From: Phoronis australis | Taxonomy: Eukaryota > Animalia > Phoronida | Assembly: GCA_002633005.1 (NCBI GenBank) | Contig: NMRA01000080.1 | Coordinates: 277,291 to 341,290, forward strand | Direction of reading: 5' to 3' | DNA length: 64,000 bases | In this document: positions 1 to 12,900 of the stretch, piece by piece | Numbering within the stretch: position 1 is the first letter of the stretch | Layout: every line of letters starts with the position of its first letter | Notes under the pieces: model-generated | Told to the model about the DNA's origin: nothing | Databases searched by the model: none | Seen by the model: only the letters and a program-made list of their open reading frames with translations | Program-made: the position numbers and the translations under genes

Positions 1-942
1 ACCTAGTAGTCTGTGCCATTAATTGTCTACAGGTGACTGATAATCGATGATTTGCAAGTTAATTGTTTATGTTTCAGTAGTAGTCATGGTATAATTGGTT
101 CCAGTGCACGATTTGTACGTTTTTGGAATTGGGAAATATTTTTAATCTTAACACATGGTGATATGTAAATATGGGGAATAATTAAATTATACTGTGTGTA
201 TGAATGAACTATAGAGTGTGTTAAACCAATGAAATTTGCTCTTTTTGTGATACTTGCCACGGATGGGAGGGCTAGTTAGTGCAAGTAGGTGATACAGGAT
301 ATTAGCTTCACTCTTTTCATTGTAAATTAAAGGAATTCGCGGAATCTAATTGCGATAGAGGATTTAGCAGGCGAACTTTGTGCATTCATTCAATCAAGAC
401 TTTTCTTTATATCGAACTAAAGAGGAGCTCATGGCTTTCTGGTGTGGTGTGCTGAGGGTTGTCGGGTTTGACCAAAGTAATTGCAACATATGAGGAAATG
501 AGGTGCTCAAATAACTGTGCGCGTGCGTGGTTGTAAAGCTTTATTGTACTCCATTTATCAGAATAAATTGCTTATTTAAATGGTCTACCTTAACACTGAG
601 TTGCTCGTTCGCGAGTAAGAGTATGGACACTTTAATTGTGTGTGATTTTATCACATGATAAGGCGCTTGCATCTTCAGCAACAATGAGGTACAAAATTTA
701 GTTGGATTCTACCCACAAATGATCTGATTTTCCGGTGTTTGTAATTACGGTGTACATTACGAACATCGCGTGGAGAGTAAAATCTAATGGCATTGTTACC
801 TTTCAAGCGGCTATGAACCCGCCTTCAGTCACAAAATTAACATTTGATTTAGAACTGTAATAAAATTGGTCTCAAAATTTCTTTTAGTCAAAGGAGTTAA
901 TTTCTGGGCTTGGAGAGAACAGAGATTATTGCTCGAGACAAG

Positions 943-1164
943 GCGCCCGTTCCAAGAAACTGACTTGAGTTTATTTTTTACTTTCGAACTTTTAAACTTC
1001 CGCGTCCGGTGAGTCAAACTTCAGACAAAACTTGAGACAAGAACTTAAGTCAAAGTTAAAGTCTCTTTCTTGAAATGGACTTGAGGTAGGTTTAAGTTTT
1101 ATCTTAAAATTGCATGAAATTTAAGATTTGTCTCATCTTGGTCAGTTTTCTTGGAACGGAACCC
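943..1164. mobile_element. MITE family C (TIR about GCCCGTTCCAAGAAAACTGAC)
   Basis: Inverted ends; internal ACTTAAG-rich sequence shared with 1808-2054. Confidence 0.65.
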
Positions 1165-1807
1165 AGATTCTACAACTTAGTTTGTCAGTTGTCACCGATG
1201 TCGTGTCCTATTAGGCTCCCAACATGGTCTCAAGCTACAACGAACTCATTTTTACTAACTGAGAACAGAAGCCACTTGTCATCTGTATTTAGAGCACGTT
1301 GAGATTGACAATTTCGTAGCTGTAAAGGTTAGTTTCTTAGACGTAACGTAAATTTATATGGCAGCCGTTTTAATCGCCGAGCACACAGCAAATGCCATGC
1401 TTGATTGGTTCACTAAATACGGTGAAAACAATGATTAAAAAACATGATTATCATATTTTTATGAACTCGAACCAGTTTTCCGAAATTAAACAAAGGAACA
1501 TTCTCGGAGACAAAAGTAATTTTACACAAATTAGCTGCAGCGCTACCTCGGCTGCCGAAACAAGTCCTACGAGTTAAATTGCAGAGTGTTTTAAGCATTA
1601 TTAAATGATGACACCGGTCTTGATTTCAACGAATGTGTGACGGACAACTGTGAGAATTGGCGATTTGTAATCACGAACAACAATCGATTTTCTTGTTTTA
1701 TCCTTCTAGTCTGTGCTAATGACTTCAACAAGTCATGTTAATTACTGTGGAATTGTTTGGCGTCTGTGTGATGTAATGCTTACATCCAAACTTGTACGAT
1801 TGCAGTC

Positions 1808-2054
1808 GGGCCCGTTCTAGGAAACTATCTTAAGTTCATGTTTGGCTTAACTGTAAGATTTGTCTCAAAGTCCAAACTTTGATACTTCCACATATGTTAA
1901 GTTAGTTTAACTTAAGACAACACTTTAGTAAAAAACTTAAGTCAAATTTTAGATCACCTTTTTAAAACGGACTTAAGACAAATTGAACTTTCATGTTAAA
2001 ATTGATTTAAATTTTAGATTTGTCTTACCTAAGTCAATTTTCTTGGAAGGGACT
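1808..2054. mobile_element. MITE family C copy, inserted into the LINE relic
   Basis: GGGCCCGTTCTAGGAAA ... TTTCTTGGAAGGGACT; it splits the LINE peptide between ..LVRLQS and RILNSVF. Confidence 0.6.
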
Positions 2055-2610
2055 TTAGAATTCTCAATTCTGTGTTCCAGGATTTTAACAACAACTATGA
2101 ATTGTTATTAGAAAGAGCGAATGTTCCCACTTAAGAGCTTAGAAGGAATTGCGAGATTCTCGTGGAGGTTTTTTAGTCCTGTACCAATTGTTCCATAGTT
2201 TCATTTGGGACCTCTTTGAGGTCAGAGTTCACTCGTGCGACCTGAGGTCTGGTCAGGGCTTGGAATTTCAATCTTAAGAGGATTTCCTCTTCTTTGGTTT
2301 CGATTTCCTCTTGTTTGATTTCCAGTTTTCTCTTTTTTCGTCTTATTTTCATCATTATTCCGATTCACGAAAAACGTTTATTCAGTTAAATTTTACAACA
2401 CCAAATATATTTCTATCGCACAAGTCTATCACCCGGAAATGTTTCCTTTTTGTCTGGAAGCGCTCTGTGCGTGTGCACCACCAGGACTGGGCTGAACTCC
2501 ATGCGGGCTTTCGGTGTGAGGCTCTGGAACTCCGTTCCCAGAGCGATGACGGAGGCAGAGGGGCTTAGTGCTTTCAGGCGCAGCGTGTCAGTTTGGGCAT
2601 GTAATGATTG

Positions 2611-2859
2611 CATGCGCGCACCCAGGGGGGCTCGGGGGGGGGCTCGAGTGAGCCCCCCATTTGGCGAAGTGGGCAAAAAGGTCCGCTTCCGAGAAACAAA
2701 AAGTCCGAAAAAAGGAGACGGAAGTCCACTGAACAAGCTCGAACGCGCAATTCAGTGGTGCCCCCGTTTTTTTTTTCAGTCCGCCCGCTTTTTTGTTACC
2801 ATTAGGTCCACAACGTCAGGAATTCGAGCCCCCCACATTGAAGGCTGGGTGCGGGCATG
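2611..2859. mobile_element. MITE family A (about 250 bp, TIR CATGCGCGCACCCAG, 5-bp TSD GATTG)
   Basis: 14/15 TIR match; GATTG at 2606-2610 and 2860-2864. Confidence 0.85.
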
Positions 2860-3981
2860 GATTGAGCCTGCAGGTGTCATAGTGTTTGTGTTGCATCCTC
2901 ACCTGGCCCCGCGCTTCCCTCATGGGATTTACCAGCTTGTTTTCCTACTTCTTATCTTATTAATTTGTTTTCATATTTATTTAAGTCTCATAATTGTCCG
3001 TTACAGCCCTCGGCTAGTGTTCCCCCGTTTCAAAAACTGACAAAGAAATGTTTTATCTATCTATCTATCGATCTAGCTCATCTGACGATAACACAAAAAA
3101 TACGTCTTCGGGCTTAACTGTACCTTTGTCTTAAACAGACAGAAAAACAAACACTGAGTTGACAACTTAAGTCATTAAATAACTGCCCAGACCAACAAAT
3201 CTACACTTCACAACTATGGGTGTCCCTTGAGCAAGATACACCACTCACATTCTGTTGGTCACTAAACTAAGAATTTCCGCCACGTGGTGGCGGTGATTAC
3301 GTGGAGGGGGTAATGGTCAGACATGTCGGCAGGTGAAAATTTTGTCTTTTGCTTATGTGAAAAATGCAAATGGCATGTCTCACGAAACACGCAGCTTCGA
3401 CCTCTGTCTCATATACCTCCACTATACCGATCGAGAACTCGATCGAAGGACACAACATCGTAGAACAACCGTGCGCGTTGTACAATGCTAAATGGCGTGC
3501 CACATCTTGAGCCAGCTGACGTAATATTTCAAAGTGTTTTGCCTGCCCTTACGGTCAAGAGAACAAAAACATTAATATACTTTCCCGTCAGTCTTACGAC
3601 TGTCCAAAGATAATTTGATCATTCCTAACACTATAGGGCAAGGCAGGCGCGGGATGGACGCGCGATGGTGAATCCGGCGTTTGATTGTGTCACATCTGAC
3701 GTAAAATGATCGTAAGACTATCGTAGGACATCCTTATCAATATGAGACTCTCGAATTATTTAAATGTCCTACGACATGCTTCAGTTTGTGGGCAAGTCGA
3801 ACGACGTCGTACAACTATAAATCTGCCAATCCGTACGACATTCTACAACAGCATTTAGCGTCGTCCGACAAAAATGTCGTACGTCTTCCGTAGCGAGACT
3901 CTCTAAACAATGTGATAGGGGATTTAAGATCACTTGATGCATTGCTTGTACATTTCGACATTTCTAAACTAATTCGCATAC

Positions 3982-6900
3982 CTGAACACATTGGGTGGCG
4001 ACATGTCTCCGGTGTAAACTAGATAGGCACCGAACCTGAAGGCGCCAGCGTAGATGAAAAAGATGATACTTTGCGAGAAGGCAAACGACAATCCGTAGAC
4101 GTGACAGGTCTTTAAAGCTTCCCTGAAAAGAGAGAATCATTGTCAAGACTAGTGGGTCAACTTTTGAGCCTGGTATCTAGCTTGACGGCATATGACGATG
4201 AGCAATGAACACCGCATTTAAATCGATCATAAACAGTGTTCCCTCAAAGAAACTTCCATTTTTGATTTATTATATTACACATCGCTACAAAATTAGTGGA
4301 AGTCTATGCGGATGAGAAGATGTTTCTATGTTTGCAAAGTTCCTTATTGCTTAAGACCATGTATGGAGCACAAAATGACCCAACTTGTAGACTCTGATCT
4401 CACTACTTATTAACGAACTCTCATTTCTTTCCCAAAACAGAAATTACATCTACTTTGAATAAAGAATACTTCAAGGTCAATTTCATAACCGTAAATGGTT
4501 TAAATCAAAAGTTGGATGGGTTTTCGTGACAATAGTGGGGTTTATTGTCTGTTATAAAGGATACTAAGCTCTCTCGTGGTTTCATCCAAAGCGTTTTTGT
4601 CAACTGCTACTGTGCAATTAATACTCCCATCGAACAAATTAAAGCAACATTAAACTCGCTCAACGCGTTAGTCACGCTTTTCGATTTAGCAGACTTTGAA
4701 ACGAGCTTTTAAACTCATTGCAAATTCGGTGGGTAAATAAGAATTACAAAGTGTTATTTTGTTTCAAACATTTAAACGACCTATTGGGGTGGATTTAAAT
4801 CTTTTTAACAGATATTTAAAAAGAATATACACAGTTCTGTCCTTCGACCTGCCTTTTATCAGCACAAAGCACATATCTTTTGAAACTGTCCAGCTTTGTT
4901 CTGAGACACAAATTATTGACGCAGTTCAACGATGCGATAATTAAACTTACTTGAATGGTTGGATCAACATATCGCAGTAGGAGTCGTAGAACTGCTCTTC
5001 TCTGGTAAGGCTTTGAACTGTTCTCACGTTCTCAATGGCTTCACTTGCGACCTAGTATTAACGAAAAATGCACCGGTCATTCCCGACGTGTGCGAGATGG
5101 CCATCCAACGACTAAAGTAATTTTATTGGGATTTAAGTGCGTCAAAAAACCTCAGATGATCGGTACGCAATACTACTACAGTAAAAAAATTCAAATAGCC
5201 ATTGAGAAAATCCTACCACAGAACTGTGTCACTGTCGGTGACGTTTTTGTCGGTCCAAAAATAATCAAGTACGCAGTGACAAGAGACACAAAGTTTGTGA
5301 CATGATGATGATTGAAAACACGACAGTGCTGCATGTTTAATTGTTACCTTAATCTAATGAACAAATTCGTGGTATATTTGTGGATCCTCCAAAGAACCAA
5401 CATAGACTAAATCACGAAGAGAAATGAACGTCAGGTAAAAACACAGCTATCTTTCGAGAGTGGTTGTGTATCATCTTCAGCTAGCACGTGTACACTGGTC
5501 ACGTGACAATTTATTTCACTCACTTTTCCCGCCATAGCTAGCAGCTCGTTGTCCCTCTTCTGCCCGCCATGTTGAACTTTATTTTGAATTGCTCCTGGAG
5601 AAAAACAAATTTGGTGTAAACAATTCTCAGTGCTTTTGAAACGGATGCTACTAACTTGGTCTCTGCTGTCACTGTTTCATTCAGCAAATTCTCGACTGGA
5701 AGCTCGCATGCTAAGTAAGATTAGGCCTATAGCCTACTCTTCATAACCCAACAAAGGATAATTTATACACTTTTTGAAAGTAATCGTTTTTATTGTAATT
5801 CGGCCTGCATTTTTAATTCTGTTTGACCTCTACTATAAACGACACACTATAGTTTGATTTCCTGAAACACATCTTTTACGTTTCAGAGAGAGCGCCGTAG
5901 GTGACTACCGAATCACGGTGGTTGAAATGTAAACCCGACGTTGCTCTTTTTACCTGACACTGCACACAAAGGTGTTACAGCGAGAATGGCTAACGCTAAC
6001 TTCCAACCAAACACCAAAGCGATGACCAGACCAGTAACAATGCCAGACACCGACTGGACCACTGTTCCCACGCGGATACCTGTTGCCTAGAAACAGACAT
6101 AAGGAAAACGCATTTTTAATAGGACTAATGACAAGAAATAATCCTTGAAGTTATTAGTGCATTTATTCATCAACGTCCTAAGTCATGTTTTCTCGACTTA
6201 TTTCATTTTTACCGTTTTAATCAGTTTTTGTCCATACCATCTCGAGTTCTCTTATATTGTACGTTGTTCACAATTTAATTGACGCAATCCTTGAAATGAC
6301 AGTGCAATCGTTTACACAATTCCACAACCGCAATTACACGACTTCACGACGTATCGTCGAGCATTACAATCGAAGTACGTGATCACTAGCTTTCCTGGGT
6401 AGTTGCTTGTGGCTCCGGAATGCAATTCTGTATTCATGTAACACTATTCTCACCTGTCGGACCATCGAAGCATCAGTAGCTAGCCGGGTTGTCAAGGCAC
6501 CAGTCGAGTTGGACTTTTCATCGAACCACCCGATTTCCTGGCGGAGGATGCTTTCGAACGTTTTCGATCTCAGTCGCTTGGTCAGCTTTTCACCCGACAC
6601 GCCGAGAAAAAATTGCTGTCAATAGAACAGAGGAAAGGAGCTGGATATAGTCAAACGACCAACATTATTGAGCGGACTGATAGGTAATTCAACTACACCA
6701 GAAGTAGTGACCTCTATTGTTGTTATCAACTGTGCTTTCCTTTCTTTCAAAATCACGAATAGATTAAAAATGCATAACTGTTGACTTGAAGGCCTATTGT
6801 ATTAAATGGGTCATTATAAAACCATGAGTAACACCGTTCCAGTAGTTCTTGGTGGTGCAGCTACTCATAGCCGTTCTAATTACCGTTAGTGTAGCCTTAG

Positions 6901-9900
6901 ACATGACTATAGCACACCGACCACAAACTCGCCTATTTTCAATGTACAAACTGCGAGACCTTGCACACAAATCACGACCAACACTATTGGCGACGTTACT
7001 ATCCACTAGCGGCGCCTGGTGTGATGCACGGTTTTGTTCATTGACTGGAAATGGGCCGCTCCTCCTGGAGTTGCGAATTGCTGCCTATGATCTATGGTGT
7101 ATCCAACGCTTGCCTACCATGAAAAAGTTTCCCAGTCCAACAGCAGCACCGAGAACGAGGAACATCAGACTCCAAAACACGGCATCGGGTGCCAGTTTTT
7201 CCAAGGGTTCGGCGAACACCTGAATGTGAAACGTGTATATATCGCATGATTTACCAAACACAGGTCTAGTTTGAAAGCATGACTGGAAAGTGCAATTTCG
7301 AGAAAGAAAAGGCGGACATATGCGAAGAACTTGTAATAGACTTAACTTACACAGGGTGAAGACTTGTTCGTTTATTTCTCGTGATGTGGCAGCACGATCT
7401 AGTTCAGTTTAACGTTGACAAAAATTATGCGTGGTAGGCTTATATGTGATATAATTAATGAATTTCAATGATCAGCGTGGAATTTTGAGTTCATTTGGCA
7501 ACAAGCATCTGTTCATTTAAATAAGAAGTGTTCAAACAACAAGGTCGACGAAGGTCACCTCGTACTCACTCGAACAAGTTCACTGAAAAACACAGCAAAG
7601 GCGGGCATAGATGCGCCAACGACGACGGACGCGAGGCATCCTCCAATGATATAACCGAGTTCCGGCTTGTTCATCGCAAAGATCTGCCTGAAGGCCAGGT
7701 CTTCCCCAATTTTTTCCTGAAATAACATTCAAAATGATGTTACATTTTCCATAACATAACAGCATACATAAGCTAAAGCACTAATTCCTGCCATCTTCAT
7801 CAAAACAAAGTGAATTTGATTTGAACTACTTTGGAATTAATTTCTCCAGAGGTTGTTTGAACGAAGTATAATACCTGTTCTTCCGCTTTAACACGATCAT
7901 ATTCTCCAAAAGAGGTTCTGGTACTGCGCCGCCTAATGCGATGCGATGCTTCCGGTGTCACGTCCGCGTCGGTAGCTGCAACTTCGTCGTATATGACGTC
8001 TGTAAGTTCAAATCACGTATTAGTGTACAAACACGAACTGCACATGAAACTGGCACATAATTTTGTACACAGTATACTTAAATGGTGCACTTTACCCAGT
8101 TTTATCGTAGACTCATATAAGTACATCACTTAAAACTTAGAAATAATATCATACTCTGTCAACCTTCTCAACACTCGAAAGGTTGCAACAAGTTTTTAGC
8201 ACACTTTGGAAGGAGTTTTAAAACCTCCTTCCAAACTTTGCTATATTGACAAGCGCGACTAACGATAATCACGTCCATGTGTAATACTTTCTAATTCACC
8301 AGGCACCTTCTGGACTAACGTTGAGTTATTGTAAACGATATCTTCTGCTACTAAAGTAAAAAATAACGTTACTTCGGGTATGAGGAAAGCTGCCCAACTC
8401 CAACCAAGTATTCACCGTATGACACATGTGGCAAAGCCTGGTATGAGGAAGCATTTTAAATGGATAACGTCTTAAAGTTTAAATCTCCCAGAGGCTATCA
8501 CAAGCACACAACAGCAGGAGCATTTTTGGGTGAAACTACAACAAACAGGTCTCAGTAGCGTATTCTTTTATTTCTAAAATAATATAAAGAATAGGAAAAC
8601 AAATTCAGAAGGTAACTGACACTTGTCCACTGATACGTCTAGATTTCTGTTTTACAATTGGTACACTGGACCTAAATTCAAAAGAAAAAGAACACTACTC
8701 GTCATCACATTTTTGTGGAGCATTCCTATCTATTCATGTTAAGGCATGCAAGTTTTAGCCAACTAATGAAAAGGAAACTACCTTTACCACACGACATTTT
8801 CACTCTTACCTTCTGCCAGCGCCTTCTCTTCTTCCGCAGCTGAGAGTTTTTGAAGTTCCACAAGTTCTCGATAAATACCGTTTTTGATTTCCATCAGGTC
8901 GCTGTGGGTTCCCTTTTCAACAATGGCGCCCTCTTTGAAGACGTAGATTACGTCAACATTTTTGATAGTAGAGAGCCGATGGGCCACGATAATGGTGGTT
9001 CTACCTTCACTGGCCTGCAAAGGTATTTTCCTGTTATAATTGTGTTGACAAACTCCATTTTTAGAAGATATACCCATTGTATAAAATTGCATTTCCTTCT
9101 ATAACTATGAGATTGGCAACACAACAAAATCCCTTTAATTACCCGAGCAATCAGTTTCAAAACTTCTCTTACAATTAGAAACATGTATCCTTTGCAACAA
9201 AGGACTTGGAGAGAAATGCTTCAAAAATCATAGGGTGACCAGCCCTGCCAAGATTTTACTATTTTCATTCAATGACAGGTTATCTCTATATAACGTTTTC
9301 CGATACAGCGGCGACACAGTGAAATACGCCTTACCGTTTGGTGGCCGACGACAGAGTAATTGACCTATCGCAAGCTCCGCCTACTGAAAAGTCTACCTGA
9401 CAACGTGTTGTTTGTCGGGTAAAATGGAGACTTGGAACGAAAGTGTGTCAAAAATGCTGCGTTCTGATTGGTCAGTTAAACTGCCACTCAAAATCCTGGC
9501 AATAGGTCAATTGATAGACAGCGCTGTGTGTTCTTGTTTTGGGATTTATGCATTCGTATTTCCCATTTTTCCTAAATTCTACGAGATCATAATGTCGTTA
9601 AGTTCCCATTCGTGTGCGGTGGGTTATTCCAACGATTAACACAAAAATTTCGAAGTACATCAACATGTTCATGAATGAACGAAAATGTTTTTTGTAAACT
9701 GTCCTGTTATCACAACGCTAAAGCGCTATATGGGTTTTGCTTTAGTCCATTTACCTGGTCTCGATTTTTCCTCATTCAGATGAGAAGTGATGTTTGGTCT
9801 TGCAAAGAACTGACAATTGCCCGTTACTTACCGAGACCATGCTTGGCGACTAAAATGCACACCCGAGAGGCCAACTTGTAAAGTCTGGTCTCATACAATA

Positions 9901-12900
9901 ACGAACTGTCAGTTACTTCCAAACCCAGAAATTCTTATTAAGAAACAATTCAAGACGAATATCAATGGTCGAATCAAGCATAAGTCAAAAATATAAGACA
10001 TTAAATGTCCTGTAGTTGTTTCTGACATTTTCAAAGGCATATGAAGAAAGCAAATGGGAAGGAGACAGCTTACGCTGGTTTGCTCATAAACGCCTGCATT
10101 TCATCGTATAAATGTTTGATTTCATGATAAACGTTAAAGAAAGTTTCTTGCACTGTGCTCTTAGGAGGATTTACGTCCATGAAAACGATCTATTAATAGT
10201 TCTGTTACCAATAAGGTAAGCGAAAATTTCTGTAGACTTAGACAATTAACGGAGATATTCCACACGGAACAACATCAATGGTCAAGGTAAATATCTGCGC
10301 TACAAGTGCTTATATCGGAAGCCCGTAGACCATGAACGGACAGGTCCCGTTTTCACCTTGTCAAGTGCAGCCTGTACTATCCCTTCGCTCTCGCTGTCTA
10401 GCGCAGACGTAGCTTCGTCCAACAGTAAGATCTTAGGGTCGCGAATTAAAGCGCGTGCAATGGCGATACGTTGCTTTTGCCCTCCAGACATCTGAGCCCC
10501 TCTTTCGCCGACGACTGTTTCGTAGCCCTGACAAAAAGAAAGATCACCTTCAGTTTATGGGTGAAGTACTACGGCACATTTGTTGTCTAGCGTGCAAGCC
10601 TAAGAATTTCCATCATGACTCACCGGACGTCACACGCAGGTATTTTTGGGGGTACGTGACTAATTTAAAAAAAATTATCGTAGGCAATCATTTAATGAAA
10701 CGTACGTCTGGTAGTTTCGATATGAAGTCATGCGCGTTTGCGGCAACGGCGGCCTCTTCAATTTCCGCCTGAGTGGCGTCAAGTCGGCCGTATCGTATGT
10801 TCTCTGCGATACTGCAATCGAACAGAACAGGCTCCTGAGAGACGACCCCGATCTGTTCCCTGAGCCATTTCACATTTAAAGATTTGATGTCGTTGCCATC
10901 GATAAGGACCTGGAAAGGAAAAAGGATGGAAGATGCGTGACATCAACAGCGTTGCAGGAAATTTCAAAATGGGACCGCGAACATTATGCTTTACCACACA
11001 GTTATCTTCTTCCGTTGAGGGTATCTTTCATGGACAAAGGCACCTTTTCACAACATCTGTTCTTGTAACATCACACTATTGTTAACTCTCAGAGTGACAC
11101 TTTTGTAGGAAATTAACTCGAGAAGAAACGTCGGAAAAGATACCCTTTTACAGGGAACTTGGCCGGGAAAATACTATCCAGGTGAAGGTCAAGCCCCGTA
11201 TGCACCTTTCTATGGGGGTACCCAGAGATATGACTTTAGAAACTGAGCTTTTTAATCATGTAGATGTTTACACGAATTTGAATGTGTGCCACACGTAACT
11301 TCGTATATTCATATCATTTATACTCACCTGTCCCTCCGTTGGGTCGTAGAAGCGCTGCACCAGGCTAACTGTGGTCGACTTCCCGCAGCCACTTGCTCCA
11401 ACCAAAGCCACTGTCTGACCAGGTGTAACGCGCAGATTTAGATTGTCAAGGATCTGCGGTGAGTAAGTTCGTTTAAGGCCAGGTTCAACTCGAATAAGAG
11501 CTCTCGGGCTATCTATATCCCAAGACAACCTATTACTTTACTTGCCTTAGGAGTCACCTAAGTTTTATTGGATAAAAATAGATGTAAGTCAAGTTATGTC
11601 ACGATTTTTCTTTGTTTTTATTCATGATGCCACCTATTTTTAATGAATGTCTCTTAGTGCCGCAAACCGTCCTCCAAAGTGTACTTATGAAATATTCATT
11701 GCGGAAATAGCATCGTTTTTTTTCAGCGTGAAGCCTGTTCTGTGGTTTACCTGAATGTCTGGTCTGGTGGGATAGCGAAAGTAGACATCAATGAATTCAA
11801 CGGTTCCCTTTATTATGTCTAGCTGGTCTCCATCTTCTCTTCCCGAGTCAATCGGTGGTTCCTGGGGGCAAATAAACAAGGTAGATGCCGTGTGCAGTTT
11901 GTTCTTCCTTTTTCATAATGATATATGATAAAAAGTAATAAACCTGTCCCTGATTACACCTTCGAATCTCCCTGTATTTACCCACAGTACCGCAACATTC
12001 GTCAAGCACTTTTGTAGCCGTTCATTTTCGCCCCATTGGAGTTCCACATGTTTTTTGTTGTAATCTTTACTATCGTTCTGGGCTACAATACTCTATTGGT
12101 CAATTCAATGCCAACGAAGTATCACTGCTGTGCTGTGGACAGTACATCCGGCGGGAGAAAGTTGGATGAACATTTGAAAATTCCGTGGAGGCGTGATATA
12201 AGTTCTTTGCCTTTCCGACGTCAATCAAAGAAAAGAAAATGCGGAGTGAATGGGTAACTCACGTTCATAAAAGGTTAAATTTAGAGCCAAGGACAATCCA
12301 CTTTCTTGAAGATACCTTCTTAATTCCGGTACTTTTAAACGACTTGAAACCGGGAATAATTCCACGATCATACACCTCGACGGTTTCCTGACATTCGCAA
12401 ACGAGGATAGTGAAAACAAGGCACTTTCTTACCTCCGGAGCAATGGAGAGTTCTATCGCAGCTGTGTAACCGGGATGGCCCTATTGCAATCATGTAACTG
12501 TTTTTTTCAGTGCGATTGCTTGCCATCTCAATGACAAAAAAACGCACGCAAACACGAAGGTACTTGTATGACTAGGCATGTAGGAGACATTTAGGAAGCT
12601 GTACTTGGAATCAAATAGTTTTCTTCGAAACTCACGGTGGTTGCCTTTTCTCCCTTGCCGGACTCGTGGCACACAGTATTTTGTCACTCAAAGAAATGTA
12701 TCTTACCTTTGCCATAATCTGGGACTACGTTATAAAACTCGAAGCTAATTCCTTTTCTCTGTGATTGCGTGTCCAAATTAGTTAAAATCACATTATATAG
12801 CAACGATGTGAATATGAAGTAGGCTGAAAATTGTCAAATGCTTTTAAGAACGAGTTTTGTAACGAAAAAGATCCACCGCAAATCATTAAACCGTGTCCAG

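Larger units (their letters stand above)
1735..3075 (+). mobile_element. Decayed 3' end of a CR1/L2-type non-LTR retrotransposon ORF2, interrupted by nested MITEs
   Basis: Peptide relics HVNYCGIVW..SKLVRLQ, FQDFNNNYELLLERANVPT*ELRR..ILVEVF and CTTRTGLNSMRAFGVRLWNSVP..AEGLSAFRRSV resemble LINE ORF2 C-termini. A (TCTA)n tail lies at about 3055-3075. Confidence 0.7.

Noticed and set aside
60-500. Possible minus-strand LINE 3' remnant or further ABCB1 exon
   Set aside because: Only faint peptide resemblance to LINE ends and no ABCB1 TM12/NBD2 exon recognisable in 1-3981; too weak to call.
2413-3040. 107-196 aa ORFs
   Set aside because: Chimeric read-through of the LINE relic and a MITE; not a gene.
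10477-10491. MSGGQ instead of LSGGQ in NBD1
   Set aside because: A known variant in ABCB proteins. Walker A, Walker B Glu and the H-loop are intact, so there is no evidence of a degenerate site.
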